This document shows, piece by piece, positions 12,601 through 23,525 of a stretch of DNA of 64,000 bases. The translations under genes and the position numbers were made by a program. The notes under the pieces are model-generated. The model made no database searches and had not been told where the DNA came from. It worked only from the letters and a program-made list of their open reading frames with translations. The DNA comes from Macrostomum lignano (Eukaryota). Positions within the stretch are counted from its first letter, which is position 1, and every line of letters starts with the position of its first letter. Where the stretch lies: positions 196,427 to 260,426 of the forward strand of contig NIVC01001607.1 in assembly GCA_002269645.1 (NCBI GenBank). The letters run 5' to 3'.

Positions 12601-14229
12601 CCCACTATTAAACATGTTGCACTAAAACCAACTTTTGAAAATACATAGCGTGTTTTGGTCGATTCTCCCTCACGTCTCTGTCCCTACACATGTGCTCTGC
12701 TCGCTTTGGTCTCTGCTTGTGTACCTCTCTGTAACGTCTCTGTATGCTCTGACTGGTTTCTCCGTCCCCGCACGCGCCGCTACTAAAGTTTGCTGTTACC
12801 TACCCCTACACACTGCTCTCTGTCTCCCTCCGCGCACACCTCTCTGGCCTTGCATGCAACTTGCATGTCTGCTCCCCTGTCCTGCCCTCGCGTGGCTCCC
12901 TGCCTATACATAGCTACAGGACCCTACCTCTGTGCCTTGCTCGGAACTCTGTCCCAGGCCCCCCTTCATACTTCTCTGTCCCGGGCTGCAACTGGCTGAC
13001 ACGCGCCTCTCTGTTCCCCAGCCTGCGTGGCTGCCTACCCCTGCACACTGCTCTCTGTCCCCCTCCGCGCCTCTCTATCATCCTATTCCTGCAGCTGACC
13101 GTGCCGTTCAGCTCTGTCCACGCACGGCTCCACCCCTGCCCGTGTCTCACTGTACCGCCCTGTGTGGCTCCCTTACCCTGCGCGTTTGCTTCCTATCTCC
13201 CTCCTGCTCCATATGTTTCTGTTCCCTCACACTACGCACACGTGGCTGGCTCTCTGTCCAAACACATCTCTGCTCCTCCACTCTATCCTCGCGTGGCCCC
13301 TTGACGGTTCGCATGCCCCTGCATACCCTGCCTGCCTCTCTGTCCCCTGCAACTGGGGAGGGAGCTCTCTATCCTCTGTATGGCTTTCTCTGTGGGGTGT
13401 GTGTGACTCACACTACCTCTCTGTCCTAGCATGCGCCTCTCTATCCGGCTCCTGCAGCAGGCTGTGTTATTCACATCTCTTTCCACCCACCCTCTGCCCG
13501 TACACGCTCAGTGTACAGGGCTGCGTCAGCATCGGGGTTAAAACTTCTCGCTCCCTATGCTTCAACAGTATAACAACCTAGTGGCTGGTTCTCTGTCCGC
13601 GCCACCCCTCTCTGCCCGTACACTCTCACTGTACAGGGCTGCGTCAGCGTTAGGGTTGAAACTTCTCGCTCCCTATACCCCACAACCGTGTAGTGTCCTA
13701 GTATGGGCGCGACCTGGGTTCGATTTCGCTAGTTGAGATGTAGGTGAGAGAGGGGAAGAGGCCCGTATCGATGACTACATATCGGAAGAGTGGTAGAGTG
13801 TACATATCGGGAGAGTGTACACTCGGGGTGCCTGCGGCTCGGTAGAGTGTACACTCGGGGTGCCTGCGGCTCGGTAGAGTGTACACTCGGGGTGCTTGCG
13901 GCATGGGGCGCCTGCAGCATGGGGGCCTGCGACATACATATCGGAAGGGTGCGCATACATATCGGGAGGGTACCCCTGCGGGATGGGCGCCTGCTGCTCT
14001 GGAGGGTCGCCTGCTGCTCTGGAGGGTCGCCTGCGGCTCGGGAGGGTGCACATATCGGGAGGGTGCGCCTGCGGCGCTTGGCGCCACGCGCCTGCGGCGC
14101 GCGCGCGCCGAGCGCCGATATCGATACGCGTATCGATCACCTAGTGATCGGGGCGCCAGCCAATGAGAGGCGAGGAGGGTTGACACCCACCCCACCTCCA
14201 AAACGCCCGGATAAATGCGTCCTTAGTAG
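4853..14229. mobile_element. 9.4-kb foldback/palindromic insertion with ~4.5-kb inverted arms and no recognisable protein
   Basis: Position p pairs with 19081-p (19082-p beyond a 1-nt indel near 5160/13921), and the ORF track is mirrored. Ends are CTACTAAGG...CCTTAGTAG, flanked by TCACGTGA at 4845-4852 and 14230-14237. Confidence 0.85.
9379..9702. repeat. Palindrome apex: (AC)n, 93-nt hairpin (9432-9524), CAGAAA(CA)n, identical 93-nt hairpin (9553-9645), (GT)n
   Basis: Both units read CTCAGGCGTAT...ATACGCCTGAG in the same orientation with a 121-bp period. Confidence 0.9.
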
Positions 14230-14309
14230 TCACGTGATTAGGTGTGAGGCTTAAGCAAGCAGTTTGTGGAACCCTTACTTCCAATTCCAGCGCATCGCAA
14301 CTACAAGTC

Positions 14310-15221
14310 ATGGTGCTGTACTTCACATGCGACCTGGTTAGCCCGCCCTACACAATGTACATGGGCGCTGACAAGCACGAGAACGAGGAGCTAATTCGCT
14401 GGGGCTGGCCAGAGGACGTCTGGTTTCACGTTGACAAGCTCAGCAGCGCGCACGTCTATCTGCGGCTGCGGCCTGGCGAGACTCTCGACGACGTGCCAAC
14501 TCAGGTGTGCTATATGTACTTTTAATTGTCTCAATAATCACCAGAGTAATAAGGGGATGTGGGATCATGATCCCCAAAGTAAGAGTGGATGTGGGATAAT
14601 GAATCCTCAAAGTAAGAAGGGAATGTGGGATAATGATCCCCAATGAAGGCGATGTAGGATAATGACTTCTTAGGGAAGATAGGATAAAAATCCCAATGGA
14701 ATAAAAAGAAACAGGTGGTGGGTTAAAAACTTGCCATTCACAGAGTGGCAGCCTATAATACCCGATATCCCCCACTCATCCCGAAGGTGATTGACGCCTG
14801 CGCCCAGCTTGTGAAAGCCAACAGCATCGAGGGCAGCAAGCAGAACAATGTGGACATTGTGTACACCATGTGGGACAATCTGAAGAAGACGGGAGATATG
14901 GCGGTTGGCCAGGTGGGCTTCCACAAGAGCAAGCAGGTCCGCAAGGTGCACGTGGAGCGCCGGGTGCCTCAGCTGTTGAAGCCATTGGAGAAGAGCAAAC
15001 GCGAGGAGTTCCCGGACCTGCGCGCGCTCAGAGAGGAGCGGGACGCCAGGGAGCGCCAGGATTTGAAAGCGGCCGAGCGGGAACGGAAACGAGCAGCCGA
15101 GGAGGAGAAGAAGCGCAAAGCGGAGGAGAAACAGATGAAATCCTACGACAGGCTGTTTGATGAGTCCAAGATGGTTAGCAATAAAGACATGAGCGGCTAT
15201 GACAGCGACGATTTCATGTGA
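14310..15221 (+). CDS. CCDC25: Coiled-coil domain-containing protein 25 (NFACT-R domain); exons 14310-14504 and 14787-15221
   Basis: MVLYF...[37 protein letters not shown]...|[47 protein letters not shown]...YDSDDFM is the characteristic CCDC25 sequence; phase-0 GT-AG intron. Confidence 0.95.
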
Positions 15222-15458
15222 TTTCCGTGACTCGCCCGTCTGCTTTCTCTCTGAGGAGCGCGGAGTCCGATTTCTTTTCCGTCTTTTTTAGTAGTATTTT
15301 ATGCACGAATTCGCGTTGAACATAAATTTACTGCTTTAGGCTGGGCGACAGCTTGTCTGTGCATATTTGGCCTGTGAAATAGCAGCGTATTGTCTGAAAA
15401 TTTATATTTAAATGTGTCTTTATAGTAATCGCCTTCTGCTTCTTCAAATGTTATTTGA

Positions 15459-17043
15459 GCCATTGAATCTGCCTCTCTCCTCTCCCTCAGTCATTGCATC
15501 TGCCTCTCTCCTCTCCCTCAGCCATTGAATCTGCCTCTCTCCTCTCCCTCAGTCATTGAATCTGCCTCTCTCCTCTCCCTCAGTCATTGAATCTGCCTCT
15601 CTCCTCTCCCTCAGTCATTGAATCTGCCTCTCTCTGCTCCCTCAGTCATTGAATCTGCCTCTCTCCTCTCCCTCAGCCATTGAATCTGCCTCTCTCCTCT
15701 CCCTCAGCCATTGAATCTGCCTCTCTCCTCTCCCTCAGTCATTGAATCTGCCTCTCTCCGCTCCCTCAGTCATTTAATCTGCCTCTCTCCTCTCCCTCAG
15801 TCATTGAATCTGCCTCTCTCCTCTCCCTCAGTCATTGAATCTGCCTCTCTCCTCTCCCTCAGTCATTGAATCTGCCTCTCTCCTCTCCCTCAGCCATTGA
15901 ATCTGCCTCTCTCCTCTCCCTCAGTCATTGAATCTGCCTCTCTCCGCTCCCTCAGTAATTTAATCTGCCTCTCTCCTCTCCCTCAGTCATTGAATCTGCC
16001 TCTCTCCTCTCCCTCAGTCATTGAATCTGCCTCTCTCCTCTCCCTCAGTCATTGAATCTGCCTCTCTCCTCTCCCTCAGCCATTGAATCTGCCTCTCTCC
16101 TCTCCCTCAGCCATTGAATCTGCCTCTCTCCGCTCCCTCAGTCATTGAATCTGCCTCTCTCCTCTCCCTCAGCCATTGAATCTGCCTCTCTCCGCTCCCT
16201 CAGTCATTGAATCTGCCTCTCTCCTCTCCCTCAGCCATTGAATCTGCCTCTCTCCTCTCCCTCAGTCATTGAATCTGCCTCTCTCCTCTCCCTCAGTCAT
16301 TGAATCTGCCTCTCTCCTCTCCCTCAGTCATTGAATCTGCCTCTCTCTGCTCCCTCAGTCATTGAATCTGCCTCTCTCCTCTCCCTCAGCCATTGAATCT
16401 GCCTCTCTCCTCTCCCTCAGCCATTGAATCTGCCTCTCTCCTCTCCCTCAGTCATTGAATCTGCCTCTCTCCGCTCCCTCAGTCATTTAATCTGCCTCTC
16501 TCCTCTCCCTCAGTCATTGAATCTGCCTCTCTCCTCTCCCTCAGTCATTGAATCTGCCTCTCTCCTCTCCCTCAGTCATTGAATCTGCCTCTCTCCTCTC
16601 CCTCAGCCATTGAATCTGCCTCTCTCCTCTCCCTCAGTCATTGAATCTGCCTCTCTCCGCTCCCTCAGTCATTTAATCTGCCTCTCTCCTCTCCCTCAGT
16701 CATTGAATCTGCCTCTCTCCTCTCCCTCAGTCATTGAATCTGCCTCTCTCCTCTCCCTCAGTCATTGAATCTGCCTCTCTCCTCTCCCTCAGCCATTGAA
16801 TCTGCCTCTCTCCTCTCCCTCAGCCATTGAATCTGCCTCTCTCCTCTCCCTCAGTCATTTAATCTGCCTCTCTCCTCTCCCTCAGTCATTGAATCTGCCT
16901 CTCTCCTCTCCCTCAGTCATTGAATCTGCCTCTCTCCTCTCCCTCAGCCATTGAATCTGCCTCTCTCCTCTCCCTCAGCCATTGAATCTGCCTCTCTCCT
17001 CTCCCTCAGCCATTGAATCTGCCTCTCTCCTCTCCCTCAGTCA
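15459..17043. repeat. 31-bp pyrimidine-rich minisatellite (CTCAGTCATTGAATCTGCCTCTCTCCTCTCC), about 50 copies
   Basis: Visible, highly homogeneous tandem units downstream of CCDC25. Confidence 0.95.
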
Positions 17044-17599
17044 TATTGGATTTGTCTGTTTCTCAATCCACGCATATTCGGTGGTTTTCAGATCCGTTTT
17101 CAGATACATAAGGTATATCGCCTTAAAACAGGCTTAATATTACCAGTAAAACTACTTAACAGGTAATGTCGCGTTTAACAGAATGCTAATTATTGAAGTA
17201 GTTAGGATCCTTCTTAGGCACTGATTACCCAGGATGAAGTCCACCTTTTCTACTTCCCCTTAGGTTTTCAGTTCGATGTACTGTACCGGAGATATGACCT
17301 AAAATGGTGCAAATGCAGATATACCAGTATATAGTGAAAAATGGAAAACTAAAAAACTACGAGTATATTAACATTTATTACATTTAACATTAAACAATTT
17401 TACGACTACATGTATATTCTTGTAATTAAAATTTAAATGCATTCACTTGGAAATCGAAAAGAAAACAGACCGGTTGGTTGGCGGCTCGCCAAATAAATGT
17501 AATTGAACGCACATGAGCCCTACTCGGGAAGCTGGCCACCTACTTTATTTTACCTTCAGAGGCTGCGGCGTCACGCGGCCGGTTTTCGCCCTAACGGCA

Positions 17600-18104
17600 C
17601 AGTGGCGTAGGCAAGGGGGTGATAAGGGGATGTAATCCCCTCGTAAGGCTGTGGTCTGGTGTGGGGCATGAAAAGTTAGTAGGTAAAAAAAGACAGTTAA
17701 CAAATGGTCTAATCTAAAAGAATGTGTACAGATAGCTATATACAAAGTAGTAAGCGCGGTGAGTACCTGCGGCGCTAAAATGAGTGCCTGCGGCGCTAAA
17801 ATGAGTACCTGCGGCGCCAAAATGAGTGCCTGCGGCGCTAAAATGAGTGCCTGCGGCGCCAAAATGAGTGCCTGCGGCGCCAAAATGAGTGCCTGCGGCG
17901 CTAAAATGAGTACCTGCGGCGCTAAATTTGAGAACGTGCGGCGCCAAAATGAGTTCCTGCGGCGCTAAAATTTTGTAGTACTAGTAGTAGTCAGGCACAG
18001 TGGATGGTGCACGTAATTTTTATGAAAGTTACATTACACCATACTAATAAGCAGTAGTCTCACCAGTTGTACCCCCCCGTGAAAAATTTCTGGCTACGCC
18101 TCTG
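17600..18104. mobile_element. Non-autonomous hAT-like element (~505 bp) carrying an internal 21-bp tandem array
   Basis: Termini CAGTGGCGTAG / CTACGCCTCTG (1 mismatch). Flanking direct repeat AACGGCA(C) at 17593 and 18105. Internal array GAGTGCCTGCGGCGCTAAAAT at 17761-17970. Confidence 0.6.
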
Positions 18105-18540
18105 AACGGCACTTAAACTGTCCTGCGTCATTGTATTGCAAACGAGAGTTCTCTGCGACGCACCGCTTAATTGAGCAATTGTAAATGGGCGTTCTGAAGC
18201 TAGAATTAGCGCGCGCTAATGCACTGAATGAAATGAATTCTTGTCCTGTCAGCGAGTACTTCACTGGCACTTGTAGCGGATTGATAAATGCTACCAACAA
18301 ATTCTTTGTTGCACTCGTTAATTCTACTGACAGTAGTCAGAGAAAGCGTATTTTGCAAAAAAATAATCGTAGGGAAGTTATTAAGGATGTTTATTATTTC
18401 TTTATTATGGCACACGGATTTATTATGGAGATTTTGCTTGAAAGAGAAACTTTAAAAGCAAACTGGCGGACAATGCAACGTAAGATTAAAACTTTTATTA
18501 CTTTAGCCATCTTGAGGCTGTAAAAACAGTGTGATTCAGA

Positions 18541-19393
18541 TGAAAGCTACAGGTTTGTGAGGGGGCGATTTTCAGTGAAGGCTACAGGTGTGTGAGGGGC
18601 GATTCTCAGTGAAGGCTACAGGTGTGTGAGGGGGCGATTCTCAGTGAAGGCTACAGGTGTGTGAGGGGCGATTCTCAGTGAAGGCTACAGGTGTGTGAGG
18701 GGCGATTCTCAGTGAAGGCTACAGGTGTGAGGGGCGATTCTCAGTGAAGGCTACAGGTGTGTGAGGGGCGATTCTCCGTGAAGGCTACAGGTGTGTGAGG
18801 GGCGATTCTCAGTGAAGGCTACAGGTGTGAGGGGCGATTCTCAGTGAAGGCTACAGGTGTGTGAGGGGCGATTCTCAGTGAAGGCTACAGGTGTGTGAGG
18901 GGCGATTCTCAGTGAAGGCTACAGGTGTGTGAGGGGCGATTCTCAGTGAAGGCTACAGGTGTGTGAGGGACGATTCTCAGTGAAGGCTACAGGTGTGTGA
19001 GGGGGCGATTCTCAATGAAGGCTACAGGTGTGTGAGGGGCGATTCTCAATGAAGGCTACAGGTGTGTGAGGGGCGATTCTCAGTGAAGGCTACAGGTGTG
19101 TGAGGGGCGATTCTCAGTGAAGGCTACAGGTGTGTGAGGGGCGATTCTCAGTGAAGGCTACAGGTGTGTGAGGGGCGATTCTCAGTGAAGGCTACAGGTG
19201 TGTGAGGGGCGATTCTCAGTGAAGGCTACAGGTGTGTGAGGGGGCGATTCTCAATGAAGGCTACAGGTGTGTGAGGGGGCGATTCTCAGTGAAGGCTACA
19301 GGTGTGTGAGGGGGCGATTCTCAGTGAAGGCTACAGGTGTGTGAGGGGCGATTCTCAGTGAAGGCTACAGGTGTGTGAGGGGGCGATTCTCAG
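18541..19393. repeat. 33-34-bp minisatellite (GGGGCGATTCTCAGTGAAGGCTACAGGTGTGTGA)
   Basis: Visible tandem units; the minus strand contains GAGAATCGCC. Confidence 0.95.
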
Positions 19394-19537
19394 GGAACAC
19401 ACAGAAATACTTGGAAAACTCGAAATTCAGCTTTAACAAGCCTTTAAACTAGCAACGCAGTGAAATATACGGCAAGCCTATTGCCTCGTTATTTAAGTCA
19501 GCGTTTGAAAATGCTCGGAAAAAAATCATTAGCGTTA

Positions 19538-20990
19538 TTAAGATGAGTTCGCAGCAACGGCGAGCCTTCGCTCCCTATCCAACAGCAGCTCAAGAGCGAC
19601 TGAACGAATTTCAAGCGACTGTCCGGCAAAGTTGGTATCGCAATTTAGAGCAATGCTTCGCAGACTGTGACTTGTGACAAACTCCAGGTCCTCTGGGGAC
19701 AGCGCTTGCACTTGCTGCTGCTGCTGGTAATGGCGCCCCTGTGATGCGCAGTGAGTTGGATAAGAACTATTTCGTTCAAAATCTATTCTAAAGACCTGGA
19801 AAGACACGGTGTGATGTTAATTCCCGTTTTGTCCACTGCCTGCTGGCTAACTGCGTTACTTCTATCACCATTTTTTATGCTCAAGACTTTGATGACTTTG
19901 ATGATAAGTGCGCTTTGCTGTTGTTGTCATTGTTGGTGTTGGTGTTTTTGGTGTTGTTGTTGTTGTTGTAGTTGGTGTTCTTGTTGGTGGTGTTTTTGGT
20001 GTTGTTGTTGGTGTTGTTGGTGGTGTTGTTGTTTTTCGTGTTGTTTTTGGTGTTGTTGTTGTTGTTGTTGTTGCTTTTTTGGTGTCGTTGTTGGTGTTGT
20101 TGTTGTTGCTGTTGGTGTTCTTGTTGGTGTTGTTGTTTTTGGTGTTGTTTTTTTGGTGTTGTAGTTGGTGTTGTTGTTTTTGGTGTTGTTGTTGGTGTTG
20201 TTGTTTTTTGTGTTGTTCTTGTTGTTTTTGGTGTTGTTGTTTTTGGCGTTGTTGTTGTTGGTAGTGGTTTTGTTCGTGTTAGTGTTGTTGTTTTTTGGTG
20301 TTTTCGTTTATTTTGTTGTTGTTGATGTTGGTTGTTTTGTTTTTGCTGGTTGTTTTTGTTGTTGAATTCCGCATAAAGTTTATTAATTCTAAACCAGGAC
20401 CGAAATCATCTTGATCAAATATACTAACTTTTATGACCCATAAACACACAATAACAGACACTAAAAGTACTGATTTAATTAGATAATTAACGAACCTGTT
20501 GCTGCTGCTGCTGCAGCCGTGGCGACTGCTTGCGCCAGGGCTGGTGTGGACGAGATGATCTTTGGCGCCATTGCTGCTGCGGATTCTGCGGCTCATACCA
20601 AGCGGGTTGCTGCTGTTGCTGTTGCTGCGGCTGCTCAACCTTCGGAGGCTGCGGCAGCTCGTCAAATTCGGTTAAATCTAGCGGGCGAATTCCGCGACCC
20701 CGGCCGCGAACTGGCGGATTCGACTGCAGATTTACCTGTTCCACCTGGCCAGTAGCGACAGCGGCCGGCACTGTTGGAGGTTGCGGCTGCTGCTGATTTC
20801 GATTGTCGTCCATTGACAGAGGTCGAATGCCGCGGCCTCGGCCTATGGGAGGGCCGCCGCTGCCGCCAGCCGCCGCTTGCCCAATCAGGGGAGGTCCGCC
20901 GGCGCCGCGAAGATTTTCCGGAATGATGCCATTGCCGAAGCCTCCGGGATTTGACGGCGAAAAATTGGCGCCGCTGTTCGAGCTGAACAT
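19538..20990 (-). CDS. Uncharacterised ~231-aa Gln- and GRGRG-rich protein; exons 20990-20496 and 19738-19538
   Basis: ATG at 20990, donor CAG|GTTCG at 20496, acceptor CACAG|GGG at 19738, both phase 0. Peptide has two GRGRGIRPL motifs, polyQ and a globular-looking tail LSPEDLEFVTSHSLRSIAL...ALELLLDRERRL. No family recognised. Confidence 0.6.
19915..20365. repeat. Degenerate (TTG)n microsatellite inside the intron of the Q/RG-rich gene
   Basis: Visible TTG/GTG repeats that generate the spurious poly-V/C/L ORFs. Confidence 0.9.
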
Positions 20991-21032
20991 TTGATCAGCT
21001 GTTTCAGCTAGCTGCAAACTTTTAGGGATTTG

Positions 21033-21575
21033 GGGATTCTCAAAGGAGAATCTAGCTTTGCAGGCGATTCTCAAGAGAGATTCTAGCTTTGCAGGCGATT
21101 CTCAAGAGAGATTCTAGCTTTGCAAGCGATTCTCAAAGGAGAATCTAGCTTTGCAGGCGATTCTCAAAGGGAGATTCTAGCTTTGCATGCGATTCTCAAG
21201 AGAGATTCTAGCTTAGCTGGCGATTCTCAAGAGAGATTCTAGCTTTGCAAGCGATTCTCAAAGGAGAATCTAGCTTTGCAGGCGATTCTCAAAGGAGATT
21301 CTAGCTTTGCAGGCGATTCTCAAGAGAGATTCTAGCTTTGCAGGCGATTCTCAAGAGAGATTCTAGCTTAGCTGGCGATTCTCAAGAGAGATTCTAGCTT
21401 TGCAGGCGATTCTCAAGAGAGATTCTAGCTTTGCAAGCGATTCTCAAAGGAGAATCTAGCTTTGCAGGCGATTCTCAAAGGGAGATTCTAGCTTTGCTAA
21501 CGATTCTCAAAGGGAGATTCTAGCTTTGCAGGCGATTCTCAAAGGGAGAATCTAGCTTTGCAGGCGATTCTCAAG
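21033..21575. repeat. 32-33-bp minisatellite (GCAGGCGATTCTCAAGAGAGATTCTAGCTTT) between MALSU1 and the Q/RG-rich gene
   Basis: Visible tandem units. Confidence 0.9.
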
Positions 21576-21756
21576 GTAGATTCTGTGAGAAAACTTGTTC
21601 TTCTCTACTCTAAAAGAAAGATCACAGCAAATAAACAGAACTTACAAACGCTTGATAAACACGAAAACGATATATACACGACCAATGCCAAGAATGTAGC
21701 ATAACGATATGAATTTAATATTAAATAGGAAATAAGACAGTGACGCGCATGATAAC

Positions 21757-22656
21757 TCAATGATTCTGAGCAGCATTGTTATCACTATCGCCCTGAGCAG
21801 CCTTCATTCTGCGCTGCTGTTTCTCTTCAAGGGCTTCACGCGCCACCTTGTCCCAGTCGATGCCATTTGAAGTAGACAAATTCGAGTCTTCGCTAGCATT
21901 CGATTGACAAGAGGAATCGAGTTCGGGACCTAGACACCAAAGGGATTCGAGATCGTAGCGAGTCCGAACAGCCGGCAGGAAGCAGTGCAGCTCGCAGTTG
22001 CCCAGATCCATAGCCGCCCAGTTGCACTGAGATGGACTCGAGCCCACTTCGATTCGAGGCAGCTGATCAGCGGCCTGATCTTGGCACTGACCCTCGGACA
22101 GGACTCGGGACTTGTACACCTGGAGCACGTATTCGGCGATGCTGACAAGATGACGCGAGGATCTGCCGGAGCACACGGCTAAATATGGAGGACGAATCGA
22201 TGGCCGGAATTTGTTTACCGGGCTAGTTGCCATGACAACAATATCCCGAGCGTTACGGTGCCGCAATAGGCGCACTAGGTCGCCTAGATCGATCACCCCG
22301 GTGCGGCCGCGCTGGACTGCATCCACTGGACACTCGGCTACAAAACGGCGACGTCTTTCAGCGGCAGCGGCGGCCAGATCCGCCTTGATAGCCGCCTCGT
22401 CAACTCGTCGATCGTCGCGATCGTCGCCGAGATATTCAACATATTCGTCGTAGTCTAACTGGCTGTCGTCCTCTTCATCGACATTAGACGATGACGATTT
22501 AGAAGTGCACAGTGCACGCTGGCCTGGTTGCGCAGTCCAAATGCAAGGCTTTGTTGTAAAACTGTTTGCCCGCTGTGCAACAAGGAGGAGCTTGTGGCAG
22601 CGAATGCCACGAAAGGCGGCTCTCAGCAGCACCAACGACACAGTTGGCAGAGGCAT
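21757..22656 (-). CDS. MALSU1: Mitochondrial assembly of ribosomal large subunit protein 1 (RsfS/Iojap family), single coding exon, 299 aa
   Basis: Arg/Leu-rich presequence-like N-terminus, then an RsfS-type core DLVRLLRHRNARDIVV...YLAVCSGRSSRHL...W.AMDLGNCELHCFLPAVRTRYDLESLW. Confidence 0.85.
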   Translation of the reverse strand: MPLPTVSLVLLRAAFRGIRCHKLLLVAQRANSFTTKPCIWTAQPGQRALCTSKSSSSNVDEEDDSQLDYDEYVEYLGDDRDDRRVDEAAIKADLAAAAAERRRRFVAECPVDAVQRGRTGVIDLGDLVRLLRHRNARDIVVMATSPVNKFRPSIRPPYLAVCSGRSSRHLVSIAEYVLQVYKSRVLSEGQCQDQAADQLPRIEVGSSPSQCNWAAMDLGNCELHCFLPAVRTRYDLESLWCLGPELDSSCQSNASEDSNLSTSNGIDWDKVAREALEEKQQRRMKAAQGDSDNNAAQNH

Positions 22657-22753
22657 GCAATAATGAGAAATTTAGATCATAGTCTGGTATATAGGGGCGA
22701 TTCTCTAGGGAGATTACAGCCTGGTGTAGGACGATTCTCAAAGGAGATTACAG

Positions 22754-23145
22754 CAGGGTTTTTTTAAGGTTGGAAATCCAGTTGCCAGCTGGCCCTTGGG
22801 CTCAAAATCCAGTTGCCAATGGCTATTTTTGGTTGCCCGTTGGCAACTAGCCACATTCTTGAGGATAGATATTTCCGAGGCTCATTAAACATGTATGCAC
22901 TGTATGACTATGGGAATGAGACTGTCTGGGACTTGTTATTGACATTGTAAATTTTTGCAACTTAGTATTTGCCACAACTTAGATTCATATGGCACTTTTA
23001 TTACACTTGCAAAATCATTTTCTGAAAGTGGCAACTGGCACAAGGAAATGAAGTTGCCTGATTGGCCTCTGATGCCAAAAATCCAGTTGTCAATGAGATT
23101 TTCAAGGGGCCAAAAAACCCCATATGGCTTAAAAAATAAACCTAG
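22754..23145. mobile_element. hAT-like MITE (392 bp) inserted into a minisatellite upstream of MALSU1
   Basis: 8-bp direct repeat GATTACAG at 22746-22753 and 23146-23153. Left end CAGGGTTTT, degenerate right end AAACCTAG, repeated subterminal CCAGTTGCCA/TGGCAACT motifs. Confidence 0.6.
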
Positions 23146-23525
23146 GATTACAGCTTCTCAAAGGAGATTACAGCCTGGTATAAGGCAATTCTCAAGGGAG
23201 ATTAGTCTGGTATAAAGGCAATTTTTAAGGGAGATTACAGCCTGGTGTAAGGCATTTCTCAAAGGAGATTATAACATAGTATAAGGCGATTCTCAAGGGA
23301 TTACAGCCTGTTATAAGGTGATTTTCAAAGGAGATTACAGCCTAGTGTAAGGCGATTCTCAAAGGAGATTATAGCCTAGTATAAGGCGATTTTAAAGGGA
23401 GATTACAGCCTGGTATAAGGCGATTCTCAAGGGAGATTACAGCCTGGTGTTAGGCGATTCTCAAGGGAGATTAGTCTGGTATAAAGGCGATTTTCAAGGG
23501 AGATTACAGCTTAGTATAAGGGCAA
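23146..23525. repeat. ~34-bp minisatellite (GGAGATTACAGCCTGGTATAAGGCGATTCTCAA), also present at 22690-22753
   Basis: Visible degenerate tandem units on both sides of the MITE. Confidence 0.85.

Noticed and set aside
4853-14229. Palindrome as a missed-adapter or chimeric long-read artefact
   Set aside because: No adapter-like sequence at the apex, different unique genes continue on each side, a target-like duplication is present and the arms differ at a few sites. It is made unlikely, not excluded, without reads.
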